From positions 1 to 10,328 of the forward strand of contig CAXGWI010000130.1 in assembly GCA_964013405.1 (NCBI GenBank): a DNA stretch of 10,328 nucleotides, given 5' to 3'. The notes below the pieces were generated by a model. That model was not told the origin of the DNA. It was given only the letters and a program-made list of their open reading frames with translations, and did not search any database. The position numbers and the translations under genes are program-made. Within the stretch, counting starts at the first letter, position 1. Each line of letters opens with the position of its first letter. The DNA comes from an uncultured Myxococcales bacterium. GTDB lineage: Bacteria > Myxococcota > UBA4151. Below, in pieces: positions 1-7,077 of the stretch.

Positions 1-2
1 CC

Positions 3-1976
3 TGGTCTGGCGAGGGTGGCATTGCCTATTACGGCAGTCTTGCCGACCGAGCGACCCATCCTGAACGACGAAAATATTGGGATGACTGGGGTCACAACTG
101 GTTTCTGGGACAAAACACCTACAATCCAGGGGGTGGTGATCCGCTCACCTGCGAAACCGACCTAGAAAGCCATTGGTCTCACTTCCAAAAACACCTGAAC
201 CACATCTTGGCGCACGAGACGGTGGGAGCGGTCGACCATTACCACCTGCCGGTTAACGGTGCGGAGGGCTTCGGAACCGAACCGCCAGCCCACTTGCGGG
301 GCAATATTGGTTCGTATTCGGTCCGGGCCACAACCCCCTACACGACCACCATGTATGCCGCGATCTATGCCGTCGAAAGCATGTTGCGCTGGAGTCAGCA
401 CCCTCGTTTACGCAGCGCCGGTTATTTTGCGCTGATGTCCAACTGCATGGGCTCGATGGCAACGGGCCGCACCGAGGCACGACGAGCAGGCAACCTGCCC
501 CAGAATCGAGTCTTCACACAGGGCATCGCCAACAGCGAAGCGATCGATTACCAACTCTATGACCACCTCCCCTGTTTGGGCTTAGGTCTCAGCAATCGAG
601 CGATCAATACAGGCATCGAACGACTCCATGCCCGCCAATACGGCGGGCTAAAAACGCTGGCTCACGGTGTAGAATTACTCACGGGACCCGCCCGCTGGGT
701 CCCCGAAGCAGAGGAACAGGTAACAGCGACCTTCACAGCAGCCTATCTCGGTGCCGATGGTGTGACTCGGGTGGTCATCACCAACCGCAGTGATCAGCCG
801 CATACGGTCGAACTCATCGCCGAAGGGAAAGTGATCTCACCAGGCGATCTTTTGAACGCTCAGAGCCTGAGCACACCCGCGGCAAACAGCCGCAACTATG
901 GCCCTCAAACCGATAGTCCTCGGGCCTGCATCCCCCCTCGCCCAGCAGAACATGAAGATGCTCAGGTCGTGGATCTGGATCCTAACAACGGACTCATGAT
1001 TCCGGCTTGGTCGGTGAATCTCCTCACCTTTGAGACGCCCTCACAAACCGAGATCGATGCTCCGACTCAGCCGCAAATAACCCCCCGTGCCGGATCCTTG
1101 GATCTGACGTGGCCTCCCGTTACCGGTGCCACTGGTTACCGAGTGCTTTGGGGTACCCGGCCGGGTCGCTACACGAATCGAATCGAAGTGGATGAAAATA
1201 GCCTAAACTTTCCCTACATGGATGGGATCCCTGTCTACTTTGCGGTTCGCAGCCATGGTGTCAGCGGAAGCAGCCGCCCCTCACCGGAAGTCCAAGGTCA
1301 AGCACTCCCCATCCTGAGAGCAGCTGATGCCTTCACGACAGCCCAATTGAATGCAGCCTGGCAAGGGGGCTGCGCCAACGACCAGCCCTGGAACGTGGTT
1401 GCCGGGCAACTCGAGGGCGGCGGCGAGGGGCAACGTTGTATGCTCCACTCCGGCACGAGCGTTTCAGACCAAATCATCCAGGCAGAGGTCACCAATGGAG
1501 GCTGGGCAGATCCCCCCAACGAAGCTCGCTTCGGGCTGATCGGCCGCTATCAAAACAGCCAAACCTTCATCTTCGGCGGCGTACGCAACAGCCAAGAGCA
1601 AGGTGTATGGCGAAAACGCGCGGTGATCGAGGTCTATCACCCCAGTCTACCCTCGGGCGCATTGCTTGTCGGGACCAGTGAAGAACTCGGCACCTTGGCC
1701 GCTGAAGACTGGTTCCCCCAGTCCCTATTCACCGGTGAAGGCCCAGCCCCCGAACTCCAGTTAGAAATCAATGGCCGAACCCTTCGGCTCTTCGTTCAGC
1801 ACGACGGACATCGTCGCTTGTTGGTAGCGGGGATCGACTCCTTCAAGATGGCGGAAAACGGTAATGAGATCAGTCAAGAGCCCCACGAGGTGGACCTTGA
1901 GCGTAGCGCCACGGGCCGGGCTGGTTTGATGACCGACGGTATCGCGGCAACCTTTGATCTTTTTACTGTCCGCTAG
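3..1976 (+). CDS. 5'-partial multidomain secreted protein: putative clan GH-A glycoside hydrolase C-terminal half (GH51/GH39/GH79-like), beta-sandwich, fibronectin type III domain and ConA/LamG-like (DUF1080-like) domain
   Basis: The frame of ORF 207..1976 is open back to base 3 (WSGEGGIAYYGSLAD...HFQKHLNHILAHE), so the TTG at 207 is probably not the start. LPVNGAEGFG (Glu at 264-266) resembles a beta7 nucleophile strand. VVITNRS...LMIPAWSVNLL resembles the GH51/39 C-terminal sandwich. DAP...LDLTWPPVTGATGYRVLWG...YFAVRS...S.PS (~1056-1293) is FN3. DAF..WNVVAGQL..FGLIGRY..LEINGRTLRLFV..GRAGL..FD (~1320-1973) is ConA-like. Confidence 0.65.
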   Translation, partial: WSGEGGIAYYGSLADRATHPERRKYWDDWGHNWFLGQNTYNPGGGDPLTCETDLESHWSHFQKHLNHILAHETVGAVDHYHLPVNGAEGFGTEPPAHLRGNIGSYSVRATTPYTTTMYAAIYAVESMLRWSQHPRLRSAGYFALMSNCMGSMATGRTEARRAGNLPQNRVFTQGIANSEAIDYQLYDHLPCLGLGLSNRAINTGIERLHARQYGGLKTLAHGVELLTGPARWVPEAEEQVTATFTAAYLGADGVTRVVITNRSDQPHTVELIAEGKVISPGDLLNAQSLSTPAANSRNYGPQTDSPRACIPPRPAEHEDAQVVDLDPNNGLMIPAWSVNLLTFETPSQTEIDAPTQPQITPRAGSLDLTWPPVTGATGYRVLWGTRPGRYTNRIEVDENSLNFPYMDGIPVYFAVRSHGVSGSSRPSPEVQGQALPILRAADAFTTAQLNAAWQGGCANDQPWNVVAGQLEGGGEGQRCMLHSGTSVSDQIIQAEVTNGGWADPPNEARFGLIGRYQNSQTFIFGGVRNSQEQGVWRKRAVIEVYHPSLPSGALLVGTSEELGTLAAEDWFPQSLFTGEGPAPELQLEINGRTLRLFVQHDGHRRLLVAGIDSFKMAENGNEISQEPHEVDLERSATGRAGLMTDGIAATFDLFTVR

Positions 1977-1999
1977 GCTGTTTCATTCACAGAACAGCC
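1976..1999 (+). terminator. Stem-loop directly after the stop codon (possible terminator or mRNA-stabilising hairpin)
   Basis: GGCTGTT (1976-1982) pairs with AACAGCC (1993-1999). There is no immediate U-tract. A second weak hairpin, GCGAC/GTCGC, lies at 2004-2021. Confidence 0.25.
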
Positions 2000-2081
2000 C
2001 TCAGCGACTGTCTTTTGTCGCCCTGCGCTTCCCCCTCGCCTGCGGGTCGACTACACAACGTCCAGACAATGGATCCACGGC

Positions 2082-3104
2082 GTGAGAAAATCTTCTGTGT
2101 CTCATTCAACACCCCGCCTGGCGAAGGTTGCGATCATCGGCGCTGGGATGGCCGGTCTCACCTGCGCCCGACGGCTCCAGGCTGCCGGTCGCTCGGTGAC
2201 GGTCTTCGAGAAGTCCCGGGGCACGGCGGGGCGGATGAGTACGCGGCGCTTGGATGCCTGGCATTTCGATCACGGTGCCGACGGCTTTACCGCCCGCTCC
2301 CTTGGGTTTACCGCCCAAGTCGAGGGATGGATCGCTGAAGGGGTCCTCGCTCGCTGGCAGCCCCGCTCCGCGACCTGGCAGCCAGAAACAGGCTTTGAAG
2401 CGAGTCCGCAGCACGCGCGTTTCGTGGCGCAGCCAGGCATGAGCGCCCTGGGCCGACAATTGGCGAAGGGGCTGACCGTCCAGCGCCAACAGCGGGTTCT
2501 GCCCTTGGCGAACCAAGCCAGATCTTGGTTTTTGGATCTGGAATCGGGAGGCAGAGAAGGCCCCTTTCACCATGTGGTGATCGCCACGCCTCAGGAACAA
2601 GCGATTCCCCTCTTGGACGGAACAGACTTCCCCCTCGCGCTCCTCCAAGCTCAGCCCCCAAGCCTGCCCTGCTGGATCCTCATGTTCGGCTGGGATGGGC
2701 CCTTGGCTTTGCCCTGGGATCGCATTGACTTCGTGGATCACCCCCACCTGGCCCGGGCGCTGCGCAACAACAGCAAGCCGGGGCGCCCCGGAGCTGAGTC
2801 CTGGGTCCTCCAAATCACTCCAGAGGCATCGAGGACCCACTTAGAAGCCACGGGCGATTCGATGTTGGCGATGCTGCAAACAGAGCTTTGCCAACTCTTG
2901 GGCGCCACCGAGCCCCCAGCGATCACCTCCAGTCACCGTTGGCGCTTTGCCCAACACCCCGCTGTGCAGCCCAGGGAGCCAAGCTTTGCTTGGGATAAGG
3001 CCCTGGGCATTGGCGTCTGTGGCGCCTACCTCGGAGGCGGCGGCGTGGAAGCCGCGTGGCGCAGTGGGCAGGAACTCGCCGACCACATGCTGACCACTGA
3101 ATAG
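2082..3104 (+). CDS. Renalase-like NAD(P)/FAD-dependent oxidoreductase (COG3380 type)
   Basis: Rossmann motif VAIIGAGMAGL plus FEKSRGTAGRMSTRR, FDHGA..FTAR, PGMSALGRQLA, NNSKPGR, HRWRFA and CG....VEAAWRSG, which are characteristic of the family. The start is uncertain (GTG 2082 or GTG 2097). Confidence 0.9.
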   Translation: MRKSSVSHSTPRLAKVAIIGAGMAGLTCARRLQAAGRSVTVFEKSRGTAGRMSTRRLDAWHFDHGADGFTARSLGFTAQVEGWIAEGVLARWQPRSATWQPETGFEASPQHARFVAQPGMSALGRQLAKGLTVQRQQRVLPLANQARSWFLDLESGGREGPFHHVVIATPQEQAIPLLDGTDFPLALLQAQPPSLPCWILMFGWDGPLALPWDRIDFVDHPHLARALRNNSKPGRPGAESWVLQITPEASRTHLEATGDSMLAMLQTELCQLLGATEPPAITSSHRWRFAQHPAVQPREPSFAWDKALGIGVCGAYLGGGGVEAAWRSGQELADHMLTTE

Positions 3105-3147
3105 CGACGATCAGCCCAGCAACTTCGCGCAGTCGATCGTGACAAAA

Positions 3148-3177
3148 TGCCCTCGTTCGGGGGCAAGATATCTTGCC
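3148..3177. terminator. Overlapping inverted repeats between convergent genes (possible terminator)
   Basis: Hairpin TGCCCTC-GTTC-GGGGGCA (3148-3165) is preceded by AAAA (a U-tract on the - strand). It overlaps a perfect 16-bp palindrome, GGCAAGATATCTTGCC (3162-3177). Confidence 0.4.
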
Positions 3178-3204
3178 GCAGTGGCTTCGGACAGCCCATC
3201 CGCT

Positions 3205-3618
3205 TCAACAGCTGTAGTGATAACTTTCGGCGTCACGGTATCGCCAGTCAGGATCCGCATGGTCTCGAACCACGACGCTCAGCTCCAAGACCATGAGTGT
3301 CGCACAAGCCAGAACAAGGGACCATTTCGCCGCGCCCATCAGCCAGTTGGGCTGCTCGGGGCTGTAGGCCGCGTCCCATAACCAGGCGAGGCCGCAGACG
3401 AGCAGGCCGAGGGCGCCAGCGAAGAGAAGGGCGAACAGACCCTCCTTGACGTTCTGCACATAATCGATGAGCAGCAGCAGCCCCAACCAGGCCGCACCAT
3501 AGCTCGCAGCGATCCAGAGATTGCGCCGATGGCGGTCCCAAGCGGTCGACCTCGGCTTCAACTCGATGGCACCATCCGAATCACATTCGGAGCGGGCATG
3601 CCTAGCTTCTTTGGACAT
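3205..3618 (-). CDS. Hypothetical membrane protein, about 137 aa, three predicted TM helices
   Basis: C-terminal part of ORF 3205..3849. ATG at 3618 (MSKEARH...) has GGGGG upstream. Three hydrophobic segments: LWIAASYGAAWLGLLLLI, GLFALLFAGALGLLVCGLAWLW and WSLVLACATLMVLELSVVV. The longer start would overlap the divergent gene. Confidence 0.65.
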   Translation of the reverse strand: MSKEARHARSECDSDGAIELKPRSTAWDRHRRNLWIAASYGAAWLGLLLLIDYVQNVKEGLFALLFAGALGLLVCGLAWLWDAAYSPEQPNWLMGAAKWSLVLACATLMVLELSVVVRDHADPDWRYRDAESYHYSC

Positions 3619-3776
3619 TGGAAAGCCCCCATTGGTCATGCCCCCATGCCACCGGGGCCCGATTCCATCGGGACATCGGACTGCGCGGCCTAGAGGCTCA
3701 AGAAGAGAAAGGGGGCGGTCGGCGATTTTATTCCAGCCCCCTTCCTTTGGAAGTGGAGGCGCAAGCCACGGGCCCA

Positions 3777-3806
3777 TTGACGCCCATCTATCGGCTCCGC
3801 CACTGT
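3777..3806 (+). promoter_or_regulatory. Possible sigma70-type promoter for the lipoprotein gene
   Basis: TTGACG (3777-3782), 18 nt, then CACTGT (3801-3806). RBS GGAGA (3816-3820) and ATG 3827 follow. Confidence 0.3.
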
Positions 3807-3826
3807 GGGCGCAGCGGAGACTCCTG

Positions 3827-4963
3827 ATGTTACGGACTTGGCCCCTCATCGTGCTGCTGATTTCAATCCCTCCCTTGGCCTGTTCGCCAAGCGAGCCAGC
3901 ACCGCCCCACCAAGATGCAGGCCCAGCCGCCCCCGTGGACGCCGATGGTGATGGTGTGCCCGAAACCGAGGATTGCGATGACCAAGATGGTCAACTCGGC
4001 CCCCGTTCGGAAGACGGGGACTGCGATGGCTTCAAGCAGGCGCAAGATTGTGATGACAACAACGCCCAATCCTACAGTCGAGCCCAAGATGGGGACTGTG
4101 ACGGGCACCTTGAAGCGGACGATTGCGATGACGGGGATCCCGACGCTACCCACCGGGGCGAAGACGCCGACTGCGATGGTTACAGGCCGCCCGAGGACTG
4201 CGACGACGACAACCCCGCCATCCATCCGGGCGCAGAAGAAGACTGGGAAGACGGTGTGGATCAAGACTGCGATGGCAACGCCGATTCCATCTGCGGCGAT
4301 GGGCGCATCGGCAACATCGAAACCTGCGACGACGGCAATGAAACCGACGGCGATGGCTGCTCAAGCGACTGCAGCATTGAAGCGCAATGCAGCGAAGGCT
4401 GCCGAAGCGATGCGGACTGTGCAGGCGAGAATGAACGCTGCGTCGGCGAACCCCGAGGGATCGACGGCGCCACCGGCCAATGCGAACAAACCAACGTCAG
4501 CCCCGAGGGCTTAGAGGCCCCCTGCAGTCTGGAAGCGCCCTGTGGCCCAGGGCTCGCCTGCCTCGGCGCCTATGCCTGGGGTGAAGGAGGCTGGTGCGTT
4601 GCCGACTGGTTCGCCAAAGACTTCTACAGCCACGACCTGGCCGACTTGCCCGAAGATGGCAGCCGCTACAGCAGTTCCGTCATCGCCTGTGGGCTCGCCT
4701 CGGTGCCGGTGGATATCGTGCTCTATTTGCACTTGGACCATCCCCGCCCGGAGGATCTTATCGTCGAGCTGGAGGACCCCAACGGACAGGTGGGCACGGT
4801 GCTTGAAAACGAAGCATGGAGCCCAGGACCCATCATTGCCCGAGTCGGCACTGGCGATGATCAAGTCAATGGACGCTGGACTCTCCATCTTCGGGACACC
4901 GTCAGCGGCCAAACCGGTCAGCTCACCGGCTGGTCCCTCTATTTACTCAGTCGCTGGGACTAG
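3827..4963 (+). CDS. Lipoprotein with MopE-like putative metal-binding repeats, a Myxococcus cysteine-rich repeat (DUF4215-like), a Cys-rich linker and a C-terminal proprotein convertase P domain
   Basis: Start reassigned to ATG 3827 (RBS GGAGA). Signal MLRTWPLIVLLISIPPLAC ends in a lipobox-like Cys. It has DxDxDG-x5-DCDD repeats, CGDG...ETCDDGN..DGDGCSSDC.IE, and P-domain motifs LHLDHPRPEDLIVELEDPNG, VNGRWTLHLRD and GQLTGWSL. Confidence 0.85.
   Translation: MLRTWPLIVLLISIPPLACSPSEPAPPHQDAGPAAPVDADGDGVPETEDCDDQDGQLGPRSEDGDCDGFKQAQDCDDNNAQSYSRAQDGDCDGHLEADDCDDGDPDATHRGEDADCDGYRPPEDCDDDNPAIHPGAEEDWEDGVDQDCDGNADSICGDGRIGNIETCDDGNETDGDGCSSDCSIEAQCSEGCRSDADCAGENERCVGEPRGIDGATGQCEQTNVSPEGLEAPCSLEAPCGPGLACLGAYAWGEGGWCVADWFAKDFYSHDLADLPEDGSRYSSSVIACGLASVPVDIVLYLHLDHPRPEDLIVELEDPNGQVGTVLENEAWSPGPIIARVGTGDDQVNGRWTLHLRDTVSGQTGQLTGWSLYLLSRWD
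3938..4276 (+). repeat. Four intragenic tandem repeats with a 75-nt (25-aa) period, DxDxDG-x5-DCDD
   Basis: Units start at 3938, 4013, 4088 and 4163: DADGDGVPETEDCDD, DGDCDGFKQAQDCDD, DGDCDGHLEADDCDD and DADCDGYRPPEDCDD. The last continues as a full NPAIHPGAEEDWEDGVDQDCDG motif. Confidence 0.9.
4292..4381 (+). repeat. Single Myxococcus cysteine-rich repeat unit
   Basis: CGDGRIGNIETCDDGNETDGDGCSSDCSIE matches the CGDG..E.CDDGN...DGC...C..E consensus. Confidence 0.85.
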
Positions 4964-5031
4964 CAGGCCCTCGTCCAAGCCCTTCCTCCCCCCTACACAC
5001 AGACCCCTCGCCTCTTTCGGAAGTCCTCCCC

Positions 5032-5472
5032 GTGTCCCCTCCAAGCCCCCTCTTTGATGAAACGGTGCGTGACCCCCTCGGCCAGGTCACGGTCAGCACC
5101 CAACTCGACCACCAAGGCTTGGCTCGAATTTCGGTCGATGGACACGGTTCCGTCGAGGGCATGGCCGTGGCAGCCCGGTCCTTTGAAGCCGCATTTGCAC
5201 GGCTTCCAGCCGACCAAGGCCTCCATGTGATCGTCGACCTCAGCGGCCTGGAGGATGCAAGCTTGGCCGGTCAACTGAGCCTGGTGCCCTGGCTACTTCG
5301 ACACCAACATCGCCTGCGCTATCTGGGGGTTGTCGGCGCCCGCACGACGGCCCTGAAGATCGCCCAGGCGGTGGTGCAGATGCTGCCCTTTAACGAACGC
5401 ATCGGCTTCTTTAACGACGAAGATGAACTGAAAGGCCTTCTCAAGGAGCTCGTCGCTTCCCCACCCCAGTGA
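5032..5472 (+). CDS. Stand-alone STAS/SEC14 (SpoIIAA-like) domain protein
   Basis: VIVDLSGL, LRYLGVVG, A..IAQAV...L and IGFFNDEDE match the SpoIIAA-like alpha/beta pattern that is common in myxobacteria. The GTG start has no evident RBS, so the start is uncertain. Confidence 0.75.
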   Translation: MSPPSPLFDETVRDPLGQVTVSTQLDHQGLARISVDGHGSVEGMAVAARSFEAAFARLPADQGLHVIVDLSGLEDASLAGQLSLVPWLLRHQHRLRYLGVVGARTTALKIAQAVVQMLPFNERIGFFNDEDELKGLLKELVASPPQ

Positions 5473-5476
5473 GAGG

Positions 5477-5499
5477 GGCATCGGCCCTAGCGCGATGCC
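5477..5499. terminator. Hairpin between convergent stop codons
   Basis: GGCATCG (5477-5483) and CGATGCC (5493-5499) fill most of the 28-nt gap between the two stops. There is no U-tract. Confidence 0.35.
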
Positions 5500-5500
5500 G

Positions 5501-5968
5501 TCATGGGTTGTGCACCGGTGGCTTGGCTTGGGGAACCGCTGCGGAGAGGACGGCACAGAGGGTCTCGGGCTCGTCGGTCCCCAAGCGCAGCTGCCCACCG
5601 TTCAACAAATGCAACTCCACCGCCTGTTGCCCAGAGACTCGATACATCCAGCCCCCCGCGTAGCGACGGATCCCATAGCCATGGAGCCAGTGGCTCTCAA
5701 TCGGCTGCCAAGAGCGTAAGTTCGTAAGAGGAATGCGCTTTCGAAGTAAGCCGCGGCCCAGATGAAACTGCAAAACCTCATGGTCGACGCGCACCGTCAT
5801 ACTGCCGAACAGCAAGAAAAGAATGCCAGCGGCAACGATCATGATGAGGCCGGCCACCGGGTTTGCTGCACCATTTATGAACCAAAGGCCCCCGCCGAGG
5901 AGACCGATCGCCGAGATCTTCATCGCTCGGCCTTCTTGGCGTTTCTCGTAGCGTGTTTCTGCGGTCAT
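5501..5968 (-). CDS. Conserved hypothetical membrane protein (2 TM plus bacterial PH-like soluble domain)
   Basis: Two N-terminal hydrophobic helices, then FGSMTVRVD, WLHGYGIR..GGWMYRVSG..AVEL.L.NG..LRLGTDEP..L, a pattern typical of small bPH-like membrane proteins. It starts 20 nt after the upstream stop. Confidence 0.75.
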   Translation of the reverse strand: MTAETRYEKRQEGRAMKISAIGLLGGGLWFINGAANPVAGLIMIVAAGILFLLFGSMTVRVDHEVLQFHLGRGLLRKRIPLTNLRSWQPIESHWLHGYGIRRYAGGWMYRVSGQQAVELHLLNGGQLRLGTDEPETLCAVLSAAVPQAKPPVHNP

Positions 5969-5988
5969 GGCGGGCCTGGGCTGGGCGC

Positions 5989-7077
5989 TTAATCAGGGCT
6001 GATGCCGTAGCGCTCGATCAAGGGCCAAACCCCCGCCCCCAGCAGCGGCTCGAAATAGGTTTGAATCAACAGACGGTTCGTCGCTGCCGAAAAGGGAAAG
6101 ACCGGTAGGTCATCCCGCGGCTCTGCGTGCATCTTTTGTTGGACCGCACGCAAGGCATCGGCGCCATAAACCTCCATCAAGCTTTGCCAAAAACAGGTTC
6201 CCGTCTTGTAGTAGCGCCCCTTATTGGACTGGGTGCCTTCGTCCGGATCCGGCTCTTCTCCCGGATCAGGGCGCTCCCCAGACCAGTTTGGATCGCTCAA
6301 ATCCCAATACTCAACCACGTTGCTACATGCCTCGGGGGGCGGACGTCCATTGATCGGCGGCGGACGAATACACACCGATGTCTCGCCACATTCATAGGTG
6401 GAGCCGCCGACCATGATCAGACCGATGTAGTCGGCCCAGCCCTCTTTGAGCCAAGCGGGCAGATTGGCCGGCTGGAAGGTGTGGACCGACTCGTGGGCAA
6501 AAGTGCTTTGCCCCCCACACAAGGCCGGTGGCTCAGCCCAGGAGCTCCCCTGCCCCAAGCGGCTAAGCATCGCCTCACTGCGCCCGATGTAGACCACCCC
6601 ATCCTCGGCCTTCGCTCGGGATTCGTAGCGCCCAAAATGCACGATGGCTTCCCGCCAAGGGTGACAGTAGCCCATCTGCTCACGAAGGAAGTCATGACAG
6701 CCGGGCAAGGCCGCCAGCGCATGCTCGACCAAGGCCTCATGACCTTCCGGAGCAATCACACGATAGGGCCCTTCACGGCCACTGATCTCCGGCGAACCAT
6801 CCTCGAAGCGATCCCGCAGCGTGGGTTCGGGGCGCTCCGCTCGCGGGGGACACCAGGGGTCGTCTTCGGCTCCAGCATCGGCCGGAGGCAGGCCCCCATC
6901 GGCCGGCGGGAAAAAGCCCCAATCGAGAGCGCCGATATCGATACCCCCGACATCCCGGCCTGGGGCATCCGCGCCGACGCCCCCGTCGAGCCCAAGGTCT
7001 TGGTTGCCTTCGCAGGCTGTCAGCAGGAGGCTAAAAGCCATTGCCGAGAGAAGCTGCAAAGGCGGTGAGTGGGTCAT
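5989..7077 (-). CDS. Lipoprotein, gluzincin-type zinc metallopeptidase (peptidase MA-like domain)
   Basis: RBS GGAGG (7082-7086), lipobox LLLTAC, a D/A/G/P-rich linker, HESVH (6481-6495), LPAWLKEGWADY with the third-ligand Glu at 6442-6444, and a downstream YYKTG. Confidence 0.8.
   Translation of the reverse strand: MTHSPPLQLLSAMAFSLLLTACEGNQDLGLDGGVGADAPGRDVGGIDIGALDWGFFPPADGGLPPADAGAEDDPWCPPRAERPEPTLRDRFEDGSPEISGREGPYRVIAPEGHEALVEHALAALPGCHDFLREQMGYCHPWREAIVHFGRYESRAKAEDGVVYIGRSEAMLSRLGQGSSWAEPPALCGGQSTFAHESVHTFQPANLPAWLKEGWADYIGLIMVGGSTYECGETSVCIRPPPINGRPPPEACSNVVEYWDLSDPNWSGERPDPGEEPDPDEGTQSNKGRYYKTGTCFWQSLMEVYGADALRAVQQKMHAEPRDDLPVFPFSAATNRLLIQTYFEPLLGAGVWPLIERYGISPD

Noticed and set aside
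2106..2840. 244-aa - strand ORF and other short ORFs overlapping the oxidoreductase and DUF genes
   Set aside because: Antisense or alternative-frame shadows of well-supported genes, with no recognisable motifs.
3521..3826. N-terminal extensions of the 480-aa (+) and 214-aa (-) ORFs, implying a long bidirectional overlap
   Set aside because: Better starts exist at 3827 (RBS plus signal peptide) and 3618, and the extensions look non-coding.
3938..4276. 75-nt periodicity as a possible CRISPR array
   Set aside because: The repeats are degenerate at synonymous positions, in frame within a CDS, and no cas genes are present.
3915..4514. 199-aa Thr/Ala/Met-rich alternative-frame ORF that looks mucin-like
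   Set aside because: It is the +1 frame of the GAC/GAT/TGC-rich repeat region and has no independent RBS or signal.
6127..7068. 313-aa + strand ORF antisense to the metallopeptidase
   Set aside because: No motifs, Arg/Pro-rich composition and complete overlap with a gene that has an RBS, lipobox and HExxH. This is a typical GC-rich shadow ORF.
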